From NCBI GenBank assembly GCA_963839305.1, contig CAWIUL010000011.1, forward strand, positions 2,441,561 through 2,505,560: a DNA stretch of 64,000 nucleotides. The letters run 5' to 3'. The notes below the pieces were generated by a model that worked only from the letters and a program-made list of their open reading frames with translations, was not told the origin of the DNA and did not search any database. Shown in pieces: positions 41,657-54,493 of this stretch (positions are counted from its first letter, which is position 1; each line of letters opens with the position of its first letter). Made by a program: the position numbers and the translations under genes. This DNA comes from an uncultured delta proteobacterium. Lineage in GTDB: Bacteria; Myxococcota_A; Polyangia; Polyangiales; Polyangiaceae.

Positions 41657-41953
41657 ATGGGTAGCAGTCGGGTTTCGTCGTTGGCGACCGTTCCACAGCA
41701 ACTTCGCCTCTCTCTCCAACAAGCCAGGCAAGACGGACTGCTCCGCGGGCGATGGGTCGCCCTCGACGAGTGCCGTTACGACACGAAGACCTCGCAGGTG
41801 ATCGAGGGCTCGATCGTCGACTCCGACGAAGACCTCGTCGAGCTGTGCACGCGCATGCGCCACGCCGACATGCAGCACTGCGCCATCCTGTTCTGCAGCG
41901 AAGACGACGAGACCCCGCCGTCGTCGCGCACGACGCGCAGCCTCTCGCACTGA
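41657..41953 (+). CDS. small hypothetical protein
   Basis: ORF follows a locally low-GC stretch 41490..41700. Confidence 0.3.
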   Translation: MGSSRVSSLATVPQQLRLSLQQARQDGLLRGRWVALDECRYDTKTSQVIEGSIVDSDEDLVELCTRMRHADMQHCAILFCSEDDETPPSSRTTRSLSH

Positions 41954-41956
41954 AGG

Positions 41957-42916
41957 CTATTTCGGCTTCACGACGGGCTTGAGGATGGTCTTGCCGTCTT
42001 TGACGGCGACCTCGAAGTCCACGCTCTTGCCGTGCTTCTCGCGGAGCTTCGCGCTCGATTCGCGCAGGCTCTTGGCCATCGCGTCGTAGGTGAGGGTCGC
42101 GGTCGACTCGTTCTGGGCGCGACGCGTCTGGACGTACTGCGAGTAAATCTGTCGGAGGCGATCGTCGCTCAAATCAGCGGGGGAGCGCGCCGCAGGCGCG
42201 GGGGCAGGCGGCGCGGGCTTGGGCGCGACGGGCGGTGCAGGTTTCGCGGCAGCAAGGAGGGGCGGCGCTTCGCGCCTGGGCGGGAGGGGGGGCGGCGCGG
42301 GCTTCTGAGCGGGCTTTGGAGCGGGCGCAGGCGGCGCCGCGTTTTGCGGCAAAGGAGCGGGTGGCGCGGGTTTGTCGCCGACTTTCCGCCACATCGGGCG
42401 AGGCGGCGCAGGCGCAGCGGGTTTTGCGGGAGCGGGCTTCGCGGCTGGATCCGCGAGCGCGCGATCCAAGTCCCCGAAGTCGTCGAGCTCGAGCGTCTCG
42501 ACCTTCTTCGCGGCCAGCACCGCCACCGGCGCCGGCGCGACCTGCGGCCGCGGAGGCTCGGGCGGCGGAGGCTCGGGCGGCGGAGGCTCGGGCATCTCCT
42601 CCGGCACCGGCTTGAGCTTTCGCTGCGCGCGCAGGAGATCGCGCTTGTAGGTGCCCTCCTCGATCTGCCGGCAGATGCGCTGCCAGTGCGATTGGTACGT
42701 GTTGTACCGCTGCAAGATCATTTGGAATCGAAACCGCACCGCCGTGTTGCGGATCTGCTCCTTGCGCAGCACCTGGATGCGGCGATCGACGTCCTTGTGC
42801 GGGACCGCCGGCGCGATGCGCTCGATGCCCATGAAGTACTGGTCGTAGAGCGAGCGCAGACGGTCCACGCGCGTCTCGAGCTCACCCACGAGCAATTCGA
42901 TCTCGTGCGAGTCCAC
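41957..42916 (-). CDS. hypothetical protein with conserved N- and C-terminal domains joined by a Pro-rich (PEPPPPEP/PAPAKPA) linker
   Basis: Non-junk composition. Confidence 0.5.
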   Translation of the reverse strand: MDSHEIELLVGELETRVDRLRSLYDQYFMGIERIAPAVPHKDVDRRIQVLRKEQIRNTAVRFRFQMILQRYNTYQSHWQRICRQIEEGTYKRDLLRAQRKLKPVPEEMPEPPPPEPPPPEPPRPQVAPAPVAVLAAKKVETLELDDFGDLDRALADPAAKPAPAKPAAPAPPRPMWRKVGDKPAPPAPLPQNAAPPAPAPKPAQKPAPPPLPPRREAPPLLAAAKPAPPVAPKPAPPAPAPAARSPADLSDDRLRQIYSQYVQTRRAQNESTATLTYDAMAKSLRESSAKLREKHGKSVDFEVAVKDGKTILKPVVKPK

Positions 42917-42933
42917 GGCTGCCTAACTATACG

Positions 42934-43785
42934 TCAGGGCAGCGGGGTGACCTTCACATTGTCGAAGCAAACTTTGACTTCCCAATCGTTGAAGCCGAAG
43001 TGGTCGTGGCCCATCCCCGCGAGCGGGCTCGGGTCGTCGTAGGAGAGCATGTCGAGGCCGTTCACGGCCCAGCGGACGGTGTGCCCGTCGTTGCGCTCGA
43101 TCTTGAAGCGGTAGATCTGCCCGACGCTCACCGGGTGATCCTTCGGGTCGTCGGAGTCCTTGTCGACCTTGATCTCGCGGCGGTCAGGCGCGTGCTCGTT
43201 GACGCGCGCGAGCACGTGGAACTTGTTCTTCCAGCCGCCGAGGATCGTGAGGTAGCTCGTCGCGTTGTTGTACGTCGCCTGCGTCGCGTGAGACTGACCG
43301 TCGCCCCAGATCTCCGCTTTGAGGTCGCCGTCGGCGTTCTCGGCGATCGCCTCGAACTCGATGCGCGCGTTCACCGGAATGATTCGGTTCAGCCACACGC
43401 CGTGGTTTCGCGCGTTCTGCCCGCAGAGGCGCCCGTTCTCGATGTGCCAGACGTTGGTCTGCGCCTGGCGCCAGTTCGGGCCGAGCTCGTCTACGAGAGG
43501 CTGGGCGGGCATCGCCGAGGCGGACGGCCCGAGCGTGATCATCGGGACCGAGCCAGCGGTCGAAGGGGCTGGCTGCGCGGACGCCGAGGGAGACGGAATG
43601 AGCTGCGGGTGCGGCGGCGGGACGCGGTCGAAGTTGTCTTCGAACACGGTCGTCATGACGCCCACGGACGGGCGGTACGTCGGCGCGGCCGTGACGTTCG
43701 TCGTGCCCGCGCCAGCGTCATCCTTCGTGCTGTTGCCCGGCGGCACGCATGCGCCGGCCGCGACGATGACCCAGAAGAGCTTCAT
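42934..43785 (-). CDS. secreted hypothetical protein, probable ConA-like lectin/glucanase fold (DUF1080-like)
   Basis: Signal peptide MKLFWVIVAAGAC; pattern WHIENGRLCGQNARNHGVWL...IEFEA...DLKAEIWGDG. Confidence 0.45.
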   Translation of the reverse strand: MKLFWVIVAAGACVPPGNSTKDDAGAGTTNVTAAPTYRPSVGVMTTVFEDNFDRVPPPHPQLIPSPSASAQPAPSTAGSVPMITLGPSASAMPAQPLVDELGPNWRQAQTNVWHIENGRLCGQNARNHGVWLNRIIPVNARIEFEAIAENADGDLKAEIWGDGQSHATQATYNNATSYLTILGGWKNKFHVLARVNEHAPDRREIKVDKDSDDPKDHPVSVGQIYRFKIERNDGHTVRWAVNGLDMLSYDDPSPLAGMGHDHFGFNDWEVKVCFDNVKVTPLP

Positions 43786-43867
43786 GGTCGCGATCTAGCA
43801 CCATTCGACATCGTTCGACATCAGCGGGTCTTGCGAGTAATTCAGGCTCCATCGGAGCCGCCTCAGG

Positions 43868-45307
43868 ATGCATCCCATTCTCTTTCGCATTCCGCTTCCT
43901 CACCGGCCGTTGAAGCTCTGGTGGGCGCTCGTCGCGCTCGCCGTGCTCTCTGCGCTCTACGGCGCTTTCTTCGCGCGCAAGAAGCAGAAGGACGAAGCGC
44001 TCACGGGTCTCGTCGTCGCCGCGCTCGCGTGCGCCGGCGCGTACACGTGGCGCGCGACCGAGTACAAGCTCGAGTCCCTGCCGATCTACTCGTATGGCGT
44101 CCTCCTCGGGTCGTCGCTCATCGTCGGCTGGTTTCTGACGCTCGGCCTCGCGGAGAAGGACAAGCTCCCGCGCGAGACGATGGCGAACTGCTACGTCATC
44201 ACGGCGATCGCGGCGCTCGTCGGCGCGCGCGTCCTCTACATTCTCACCAACCCGAGCCAGTTCGACACGACCGCCGATTGGTTCGCGCTACGCCGCGGCG
44301 GGCTCGTCGCGTACGGCGGGTTCCTCGGCGGCTTCCTCGGGAGCTGGCTGTATCTGCAGCGGCAGCACATTCGCCTCTTGCCGTGGGCGGACATCGCGGT
44401 GCCGAGCCTCGCGTCGGGGCTCTTGATCACGCGCATCGGTTGCTACCTCTATGGATGCGACTTCGGCACGCGCCTCTCGGCGACGTCGCCCGGTTGGCTC
44501 CAGAAGCTCGGGAGCTTCCCGCACCTGCCCGACGGCACGCTCGGCTACGACGACAAAGGCCAGGCGCTCGTCGGCAGCATCCCGTACGCGCACCACCTCA
44601 AGATGTGCCAGGAGATGGCCTACAAGGCCGCCGACTGCATCAACCTGAAGGACCACTCGTTCCCGGTACACCCGACGCAGATCTACGAGGCGCTCGTCGG
44701 GCTTGGCCTTCTCGCGCTCTTGCTCTGGCATCGCAAGCACCAGAAGTTCCGCGGGCAGATCTTCTTCACGTTCGTCTTCTCGTACGGCCTCTTGCGCTTC
44801 ATCCTCGAGCTCTGGCGCGACGACGAAGAGCGCGGGAACGTGCCGCCGCAGATGGATCGGTACCTCCTCATCTCGGGCGGGCTGCTGCTCTTCGCGCTCG
44901 CGTTCATCTTCGGCGTGTCGCTCGGCATTCCGAACAAGAACGTGCGCACGGCGGCGCGCGGGCTCTCCGTGGTGCCCGCGATCATCGCGTTCATCGCGCT
45001 CAAGCCCGGGCAGTTCGAGTCCGACCCGTACAACCTCTCGACGAGCCAGTTCATCGGCCTCGTGAGCGCGGTGATCGTCTCGTACTTCTACGCGAAGCTC
45101 TGGGAAGAGGCGCGCAAGAACCCGACGCAGGCGATGAGCCTCGGCCTCCCGAGCGAGATGAAGAAAAAGAAGAAGAAGCCGGAGCCCGTCCCCGCGGCGG
45201 AAGAAGAAGAAGAAGAAGAAGAGGACGAGGAGCCCAAGAAGCCGGCGGCGAAGGACGAAGAAGAGGACGACGACTCCGAAAAGGAGCCTGAGGCCGAGCC
45301 GGCCTGA
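43868..45307 (+). CDS. lgt: prolipoprotein diacylglyceryl transferase with Lys/Glu-rich C-terminal tail
   Basis: GGLVAYGGFLGG, ITRIGCYLYGC, HPTQIYEAL signatures. Confidence 0.85.
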   Translation: MHPILFRIPLPHRPLKLWWALVALAVLSALYGAFFARKKQKDEALTGLVVAALACAGAYTWRATEYKLESLPIYSYGVLLGSSLIVGWFLTLGLAEKDKLPRETMANCYVITAIAALVGARVLYILTNPSQFDTTADWFALRRGGLVAYGGFLGGFLGSWLYLQRQHIRLLPWADIAVPSLASGLLITRIGCYLYGCDFGTRLSATSPGWLQKLGSFPHLPDGTLGYDDKGQALVGSIPYAHHLKMCQEMAYKAADCINLKDHSFPVHPTQIYEALVGLGLLALLLWHRKHQKFRGQIFFTFVFSYGLLRFILELWRDDEERGNVPPQMDRYLLISGGLLLFALAFIFGVSLGIPNKNVRTAARGLSVVPAIIAFIALKPGQFESDPYNLSTSQFIGLVSAVIVSYFYAKLWEEARKNPTQAMSLGLPSEMKKKKKKPEPVPAAEEEEEEEEDEEPKKPAAKDEEEDDDSEKEPEAEPA

Positions 45308-45356
45308 CCGTGCTAGAACCAGCTCGTTCGCGAGCGGCCGGCGAGCGCACAGCGCC

Positions 45357-46426
45357 ATGAAGCGATTTTTTTCGTTCGCCGTCTTCGCCCTCTTCACGCT
45401 CGTCTCCGCGAGCGCCCTCGCCGACAAAGTCGCAGTCCTTCCGTTCTTGGGAAGCGCGACGAAAGAGCAGCTCGACGCCGCGCGCCTCGCGACGCAGGGC
45501 GCGGTCATCGCGAAGGGCAACACGCCCGCGACCGAGTCCGAGCTCGTCACCGCGCAGACCGCGGTGGCCGACGGCGTCGCCGACACGAAGAACGAGTACC
45601 AAGCCGCGGGCCGCGCCTCGAGCTCGCAGTGGGTCGTCGTCGGGCACGTCACGCCGCACCCGACGAGCCCCATCAAGGGCGCGTACCGCGTCGAGATCGA
45701 GGCGTGCCAGGTCGACAGCGGCCGCGTCGAGTCGCTCGCGCGCGAGATCGATCCCTCGAAGGCGAACGCGCAAATCGCGGAGATGCTCGCGCTCCTTCTC
45801 CGCCCCGAGGGCCTCGCGAACGCCGAGATCCCCTGGGAGAACGAGGTCGTCAAACCTCCGCCTCCGCCTCCGCCGCCGCCTCCTCCTCGCCCCCGCCCCC
45901 GCCGCCGCCTCCTCCTCCGCCTCCGAAAATCCCCGAGCCCGATCGCGGCTACGGCATCCACGCGCCATGGGCCTTCGGATTCGGCGTCGGCGTCAACGGC
46001 GCGTTCGTGCACCCGACGGGCGGTTTTGGGTTCTCGACGTTCGCGTTCCTCGGCACGCTCACGGGCGAGTACGCGCCGCTCTCGGACGAGAAGTATCCGC
46101 AGATCCTCCGCGGGCTCGCGCTTCGCGCCGACTTCGGCGGAAACCTCTACGGTCCAGGCGCGGTCCAGCTCGACGTCGGCGGCCGCTGGGCGATCCCGAT
46201 CGTGCCGAAGATCCGGCTCTTCGTCGGCCCCGAGGTCACGATCGGCGGTTTCTTCGTGACGACCGGCGACAAGCAGGCGCGCTTCCTCCTCCGCACCGAC
46301 GCGTTCGCGTCGATCGGCTTCGGAGAGCACGTCCAGCTCGAGGCGGCGTTCGACGTGCAGAGCGCGTTCGGCGGAGAGGCGATCGTCGTCGGCGGCGCGA
46401 TGGTTCGCGCGCTCTATCGTTTTTGA
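45357..46426 (+). CDS. secreted/outer-membrane-type protein with poly-Pro linker; frame break inside the poly-Pro tract (~45880)
   Basis: Signal peptide MKRFFSFAVFALFTLVSASALA. After (P)12-14 the frame switches to ...GYGIHAPWAFGFGVGVNG...RALYRF (C-terminal aromatic). Confidence 0.5.
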
Positions 46427-46432
46427 TCCATC

Positions 46433-46926
46433 GTGCTGCTCCGGACGCGTCGGGAGACTCAAAGGCTCGGTCAGGCGATCGGCGCCAAGCTCCGCCCGGG
46501 CGATCTCGTCGTTCTCTCGGGCGATCTCGGCGCGGGAAAGACCTTCCTCACGCGGGCGATCGCGCGCGGGCTCGGCGTGCCGGAGAGCGTGCGCGTGACC
46601 TCGCCGACGTTCACGCTCGTGCAGGAATACGACACGCCACGCGGTACGTTGCTCCACGCGGACTTGCACAGGCTATTGGGCGAGAACCTTCGACGCGAGG
46701 TGGAACGGCTCGGCTTGCGCGAGCGCCGCGCCGAGGGTTGCATCGTGATCGTGGAATGGGGTGAAGGCGCGATCGACTGGCTCGGCGGCGAGCCCGAGCT
46801 CGTCGTGAAGCTGGCAGCGGTGGGCAGCGGGCGTGAGGCCACGTGGAGCGGGACGCGCGCGAAGGAGCTCGCGTCGAACGGGATCCGCCGAACGCGCGGG
46901 AGCGTCGCAACTCGGACGGGTCATGA
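46433..46926 (+). CDS. tsaE: tRNA threonylcarbamoyladenosine biosynthesis ATPase TsaE (3' end uncertain)
   Basis: GDLGAGKTFLTRAIARGLGV...VTSPTFTLVQEY...IVIVEW. No in-frame stop. A TGA in another frame overlaps the next ATG. Confidence 0.65.
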
Positions 46927-49274
46927 GCGACGCCGATCGCGCCAAGCCAATCGTCACGCTGGGGCTCGCCGTGGTCGCGGCGATCTTCGCCGTCCACACG
47001 ATGCACCGCTGCGGCGAGGTGCGCGGGCGCGCGACGCCGAGCGTGACGCTCGAGGGCAAGCACGCCCGGTTCACGCTGTTTCGCGACGGGCGCGTGCGCA
47101 TCGAGACCGCGGACCACGCGCGCACGATCGACGCGCAGGTGATCGACGTGAACGACGACGGCGCCGCGCCGATCGTGCTCCCGGATCTCGCGACGGACGG
47201 CGCGTCGGTCGCGCGGGCGCACACGTTGGAGCTCGGCGAGATCACGTTCACCGTCGACGCGGCTCACGACGCGCTCGCGTTCTCGTTCAAGGCCGCGGCG
47301 GACGCAGGAGAGATCGTGCACGACGTCGGGCTCCGCGTGCCGCTCGAGGGGCGCGGCGTCTTTCTATCGGGCCGCGGCGAGCTCGGCGATCTCGCGAGCG
47401 AGACCGGTCGATACACGCTCGTCCACGACGCGCTCCATCCATTCGGCGTCTCGGCCGACGGGAGCGAGATGCACGTCGAGCTCGAGCCCGAGTCGAAGGA
47501 GGCGCGCGGCGTCGCGATGCGCGTCACGACGCCCGCGAAAGACGCGCGGTTCACCGCGGCGATCGCGGCGACGGGCGGCGCGCTCTGGTCGGTGCTCTTC
47601 GATCGCGCGCACGTCGCGACCAAGCGCGTGAAGGGGCTCGTCACTGGCGCGCCCGGCGTCTCGCAGGTCGTCGGGCTCGACGATCAAGGCGCGCCGCAGA
47701 TCCGCGTCGCGACCGACGTCGCGGGTCGATTCGATTTTCGCGCGCCCGAGACCGTGACGAGCTGGTACGCGAGCGCGAGCGCGACCCGCACGAGCGCGCC
47801 GGTGCTCTACACGCCCGGCACCGCGTGGGACCTCAAGCTCGACGTGTCCGACGGCGGCGAGCTCCGCGTGAAGACGTTCGACTTCAATCACGCGCGCGTG
47901 CCGCTCACCGCGCGCATCGTCGTGCACGGGATCGACGGCACGCTCGATCCGAGCTTTGGTCCCGATTACCGCGCGTCGGGCGCGGGGCCGGTCGTCGACG
48001 CGCTGCGCGGCGAGATCACGACGCCGCTCCCGGCCGGGAAATACCGCGTCGCCGCGACGAAGGGGCTCGAGTGGACGATCGACACGCGCATCGTTCAAAT
48101 CGAGCCCGGAAAGCGAGTCGACGTCGAGCTCGCGCCGCGCCACGTCGTGCCGACGCCCGGCGAGCTTGGTTGCGATCTACACGTACACGCGCGCCCGAGC
48201 TTCGACGCGCCGGTATCGGCCGAGGATCGCGTGCTGTCGCTCGTCGCCGCGGGCGTCGACTTCGCCGTCCCCACCGAGCACAACCTCGTCGGAAACTACG
48301 AGCCGTCGATCAAGCTCCTCGACGTCGCAGGGCAGATCTCGTTCGTGCCCGGCGTGGAGGTTACGACGTACATGCCGAAGTTCGGTCACTTCGGCGTGTT
48401 CCCTTATCCCGTCGACAAGCCGCCGCCGCCGTTCAAGAACACCGACGCGGCGAGGGTCTTCGCGGGCGCGCGCGCGGGCGATCCGAAGCGCATCCTCGTC
48501 GTGCACCACCCGCGCCTCACGCGCGAGATCGGTTATTTCACCGCGTTCGGTTGGAAGCGAGGCGATCCTCCGCCCGCGTCGATCCGCACGGACTTCGACG
48601 CCATCGAAGTGTTCAACGGCTACGAGAGCGCTTCGCTCGATCGCGTCGAGGCGGTGCTCGACGACTGGTACACGTTCTTGAACGCGGGCAAGCGCTACAC
48701 GGCGACGGGCAGCAGCGACTCGCACCGAATCCAATATCAGTGGGCCGGATATCCGCGGACGATGGTGCGCGTCGGCGATCAAGAGGAGAGCCACGTCGAT
48801 CCGCTCGCCGTCGTCGCCGCGCTGAAGGCCGGCCACGCGACGGTCACGAGCGGGCCGATCATCGAGCTCGAGCTCGAGAAAGCTCGACCTGGAGACGATC
48901 TCGTCGTGACCTCACCGCGTGCGCTCATCGGCCGGTTGGTCGTACGAGCTGCGCCGTGGATCGACGTCAGCTCGGCCAAGATCATCATTGGGGGACGGAT
49001 CGCGCAGACGTTCGACATTCCGTCGCGCCCGACGATGACCGGCCCCGAGCCGGGAACGCTCGAAGAAGCCGCCGCGCGTACGGTTCGGCTCGACGCCGAG
49101 GTGCGCGTCGAATCCGGCGCAGAGCCGACGTGGGTCATCGCGATCGCGCGAGGCACTCGAACGCTCGACGACATCCTGCCGTTCATGCCGATTCAGCCGT
49201 TCGCGGTCACGAATCCGATCTTACGTCCACAAGTAATTCACATCGCACGACGGCGCCGATGTGGTTGCGTGTAG
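46923..49274 (+). CDS. membrane-anchored PHP-domain (CehA/McbA-like) metallophosphoesterase
   Basis: N-terminal TM. C-terminal LGCDLHVHARPSFDA...VPTEHN...GVEVTT...VVHHPRL...TGSSDSHR. Confidence 0.5.
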   Translation: MSDADRAKPIVTLGLAVVAAIFAVHTMHRCGEVRGRATPSVTLEGKHARFTLFRDGRVRIETADHARTIDAQVIDVNDDGAAPIVLPDLATDGASVARAHTLELGEITFTVDAAHDALAFSFKAAADAGEIVHDVGLRVPLEGRGVFLSGRGELGDLASETGRYTLVHDALHPFGVSADGSEMHVELEPESKEARGVAMRVTTPAKDARFTAAIAATGGALWSVLFDRAHVATKRVKGLVTGAPGVSQVVGLDDQGAPQIRVATDVAGRFDFRAPETVTSWYASASATRTSAPVLYTPGTAWDLKLDVSDGGELRVKTFDFNHARVPLTARIVVHGIDGTLDPSFGPDYRASGAGPVVDALRGEITTPLPAGKYRVAATKGLEWTIDTRIVQIEPGKRVDVELAPRHVVPTPGELGCDLHVHARPSFDAPVSAEDRVLSLVAAGVDFAVPTEHNLVGNYEPSIKLLDVAGQISFVPGVEVTTYMPKFGHFGVFPYPVDKPPPPFKNTDAARVFAGARAGDPKRILVVHHPRLTREIGYFTAFGWKRGDPPPASIRTDFDAIEVFNGYESASLDRVEAVLDDWYTFLNAGKRYTATGSSDSHRIQYQWAGYPRTMVRVGDQEESHVDPLAVVAALKAGHATVTSGPIIELELEKARPGDDLVVTSPRALIGRLVVRAAPWIDVSSAKIIIGGRIAQTFDIPSRPTMTGPEPGTLEEAAARTVRLDAEVRVESGAEPTWVIAIARGTRTLDDILPFMPIQPFAVTNPILRPQVIHIARRRRCGCV

Positions 49275-49304
49275 CTCGCAGCCAAACAATCCGAGTGGTA
49301 CGTT

Positions 49305-49317
49305 TCAATGTGACATT
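49305..49317. promoter_or_regulatory. perfect palindrome CAATGT-G-ACATTG in a low-GC promoter region
   Basis: About 110 nt upstream of the kinase ATG. Confidence 0.3.
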
Positions 49318-49427
49318 GCCATGAATCACTGAAGCGGATTACTTCCGCTCGCACCGTGTCGCGGGGGTCGTTTCTGCAAACGATGACTGAAAGAAGGACG
49401 CTGCGATCGCGTCCGAACCTCTTCTTC

Positions 49428-53408
<3,981 letters not shown>

Positions 53409-53414
53409 GACGGG

Positions 53415-53519
53415 GCCGTCTCCGTCCGTCTCCGTCTCCGACTCCGTCTCCGTCTCCGTCTCCGATCCGTCTCCGTCTCCGTCTCCGCTCCGCTCCGAAT
53501 CCGAATCCGAATCCGGGGG
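53415..53519. repeat. (CGTCTC)n hexanucleotide microsatellite (~12 units) followed by (CGAATC)3
   Basis: Direct tandem units immediately after the TGA of the kinase/ATPase gene. Confidence 0.75.
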
Positions 53520-53520
53520 G

Positions 53521-53570
53521 TCGTGCTCGGCTTTCGAAGCCTTCGGCGTCGCCGCCTTCGGCGGTGCTGC
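53521..53570 (+). terminator. two consecutive UUCG-tetraloop hairpins
   Basis: ggcttUCGaagcc and cgccUUCGgcgg. Confidence 0.4.
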
Positions 53571-53645
53571 GCATCCTTGACAGGGCCTGCGCGCGACGCG
53601 GGTGGGCGAGGGTCCGAGCACGAATTCGGACGATGGAGGTTCGTC

Positions 53646-53960
53646 ATGCTGAGGATTTATTCGTTCATCATCGAGACGCTTCGAAAGGTTGCTCCGGTCG
53701 TGCGTGCCATTGGCAAGCACGACCCGGATCTCGCGCGGCAGCTGCGGCGCGCCGCGAGCAGCATCGCGCTCAACACCGCCGAGGCGGTTGGGTCTCACGC
53801 CGGCAACGAGAAGGCGCGGTTTCGGACGGCGCTCGGCTCGACGCAAGAGACGCGCGCTTGCCTCGACGTGGCCGAGGTGTTCGGGTACGTCCAGACTGAC
53901 GCGCAGCTGCGTGACGATCTCGATCGCATCGCGGCGACGCTCTTCCGGCTCATCGAGTGA
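53646..53960 (+). CDS. four-helix-bundle protein (23S rRNA intervening-sequence protein / Avd-like family)
   Basis: DLARQLRRAASSIALNTAEAVG...RFRTALGSTQETRACLDVAE typical of PF05635. GGATGGAGG RBS. Confidence 0.7.
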   Translation: MLRIYSFIIETLRKVAPVVRAIGKHDPDLARQLRRAASSIALNTAEAVGSHAGNEKARFRTALGSTQETRACLDVAEVFGYVQTDAQLRDDLDRIAATLFRLIE

Positions 53961-54267
53961 GTCGGAAGAGCACCGCGCAGACCACGTCGAGCTTTGCGAG
54001 AATCGCGATATCGATCGCGTCGACGTAGCGAAACGCCCCCGCAACGTCCAGGCAGGCGCGCGTCTCCTTCGCGGAGTTTAGCGCGACGTTGTAGAGCGCC
54101 TTGCGATTGCCGCCGCGCGCGTAGCTTCCTTCGGCGACGTTCAGGACGACGCTACTCGCAGCCCTCCGCAGCTGCCGCGCAAGATCGGCATCCCGCCGCT
54201 CGATCGTGTTGATCACGCTCCGCAGCAGCTCGAGCATCGCAATCGCATCGTCATAGATCTTCAGCAT
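53950..54267 (-). CDS. four-helix-bundle protein paralog (23S rRNA IVS / Avd-like), convergent and 3'-overlapping
   Basis: MLKIYDD...DLARQLRRAASSVVLNVAEGSYARGGNRKALYNVALNSAKETRACLDVAGAF. About 50% aa and ~80% nt identity to its neighbour in inverted orientation. Confidence 0.7.
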   Translation of the reverse strand: MLKIYDDAIAMLELLRSVINTIERRDADLARQLRRAASSVVLNVAEGSYARGGNRKALYNVALNSAKETRACLDVAGAFRYVDAIDIAILAKLDVVCAVLFRLTR

Positions 54268-54420
54268 GATGAGCTCCTTTCGCCCTCGCGAGGGCGAAGC
54301 CCTCCCGCGCCGCGCGCAGGACGGGTCAAGGCTCGGCGAAGCCGACCGCCGCCGCAGGCGGCGGCTTGGCCTTGACCCGTGCGAGCACGGCGCGAAAATC
54401 GATCAGCCGAGCGAGCACAC

Positions 54421-54460
54421 CCCTCCGTCTCCGTCTCCGTCCCCGTCTCCTTCTCCTCTT
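54421..54460. repeat. second (CGTCTC)n-type microsatellite tract, same orientation as 53415..53519
   Basis: CCGTCTCCGTCTCCGTCCCCGTCTCCTTCTCC. Confidence 0.65.
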
Positions 54461-54493
54461 GCGGGAAGGTCCGCACAGGGCCATACGTAACTC

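Noticed and set aside
49299-49325. CRP/FNR-type site in tgtgacattgccatgaatcac
   Set aside because: Half-site spacing does not fit TGTGA-N6-TCACA. Only the shorter CAATGTGACATTG palindrome is reported.
53415-53519. Possibility that the hexamer tracts are a CRISPR array
   Set aside because: Units are 6 bp tandem repeats with no spacers, and no cas genes are present. This is a microsatellite.
53576-53605. TTGACA -35 hexamer upstream of the first four-helix-bundle gene
   Set aside because: No acceptable -10 element at 16-18 bp spacing (GGGTGG), so no promoter call was made.
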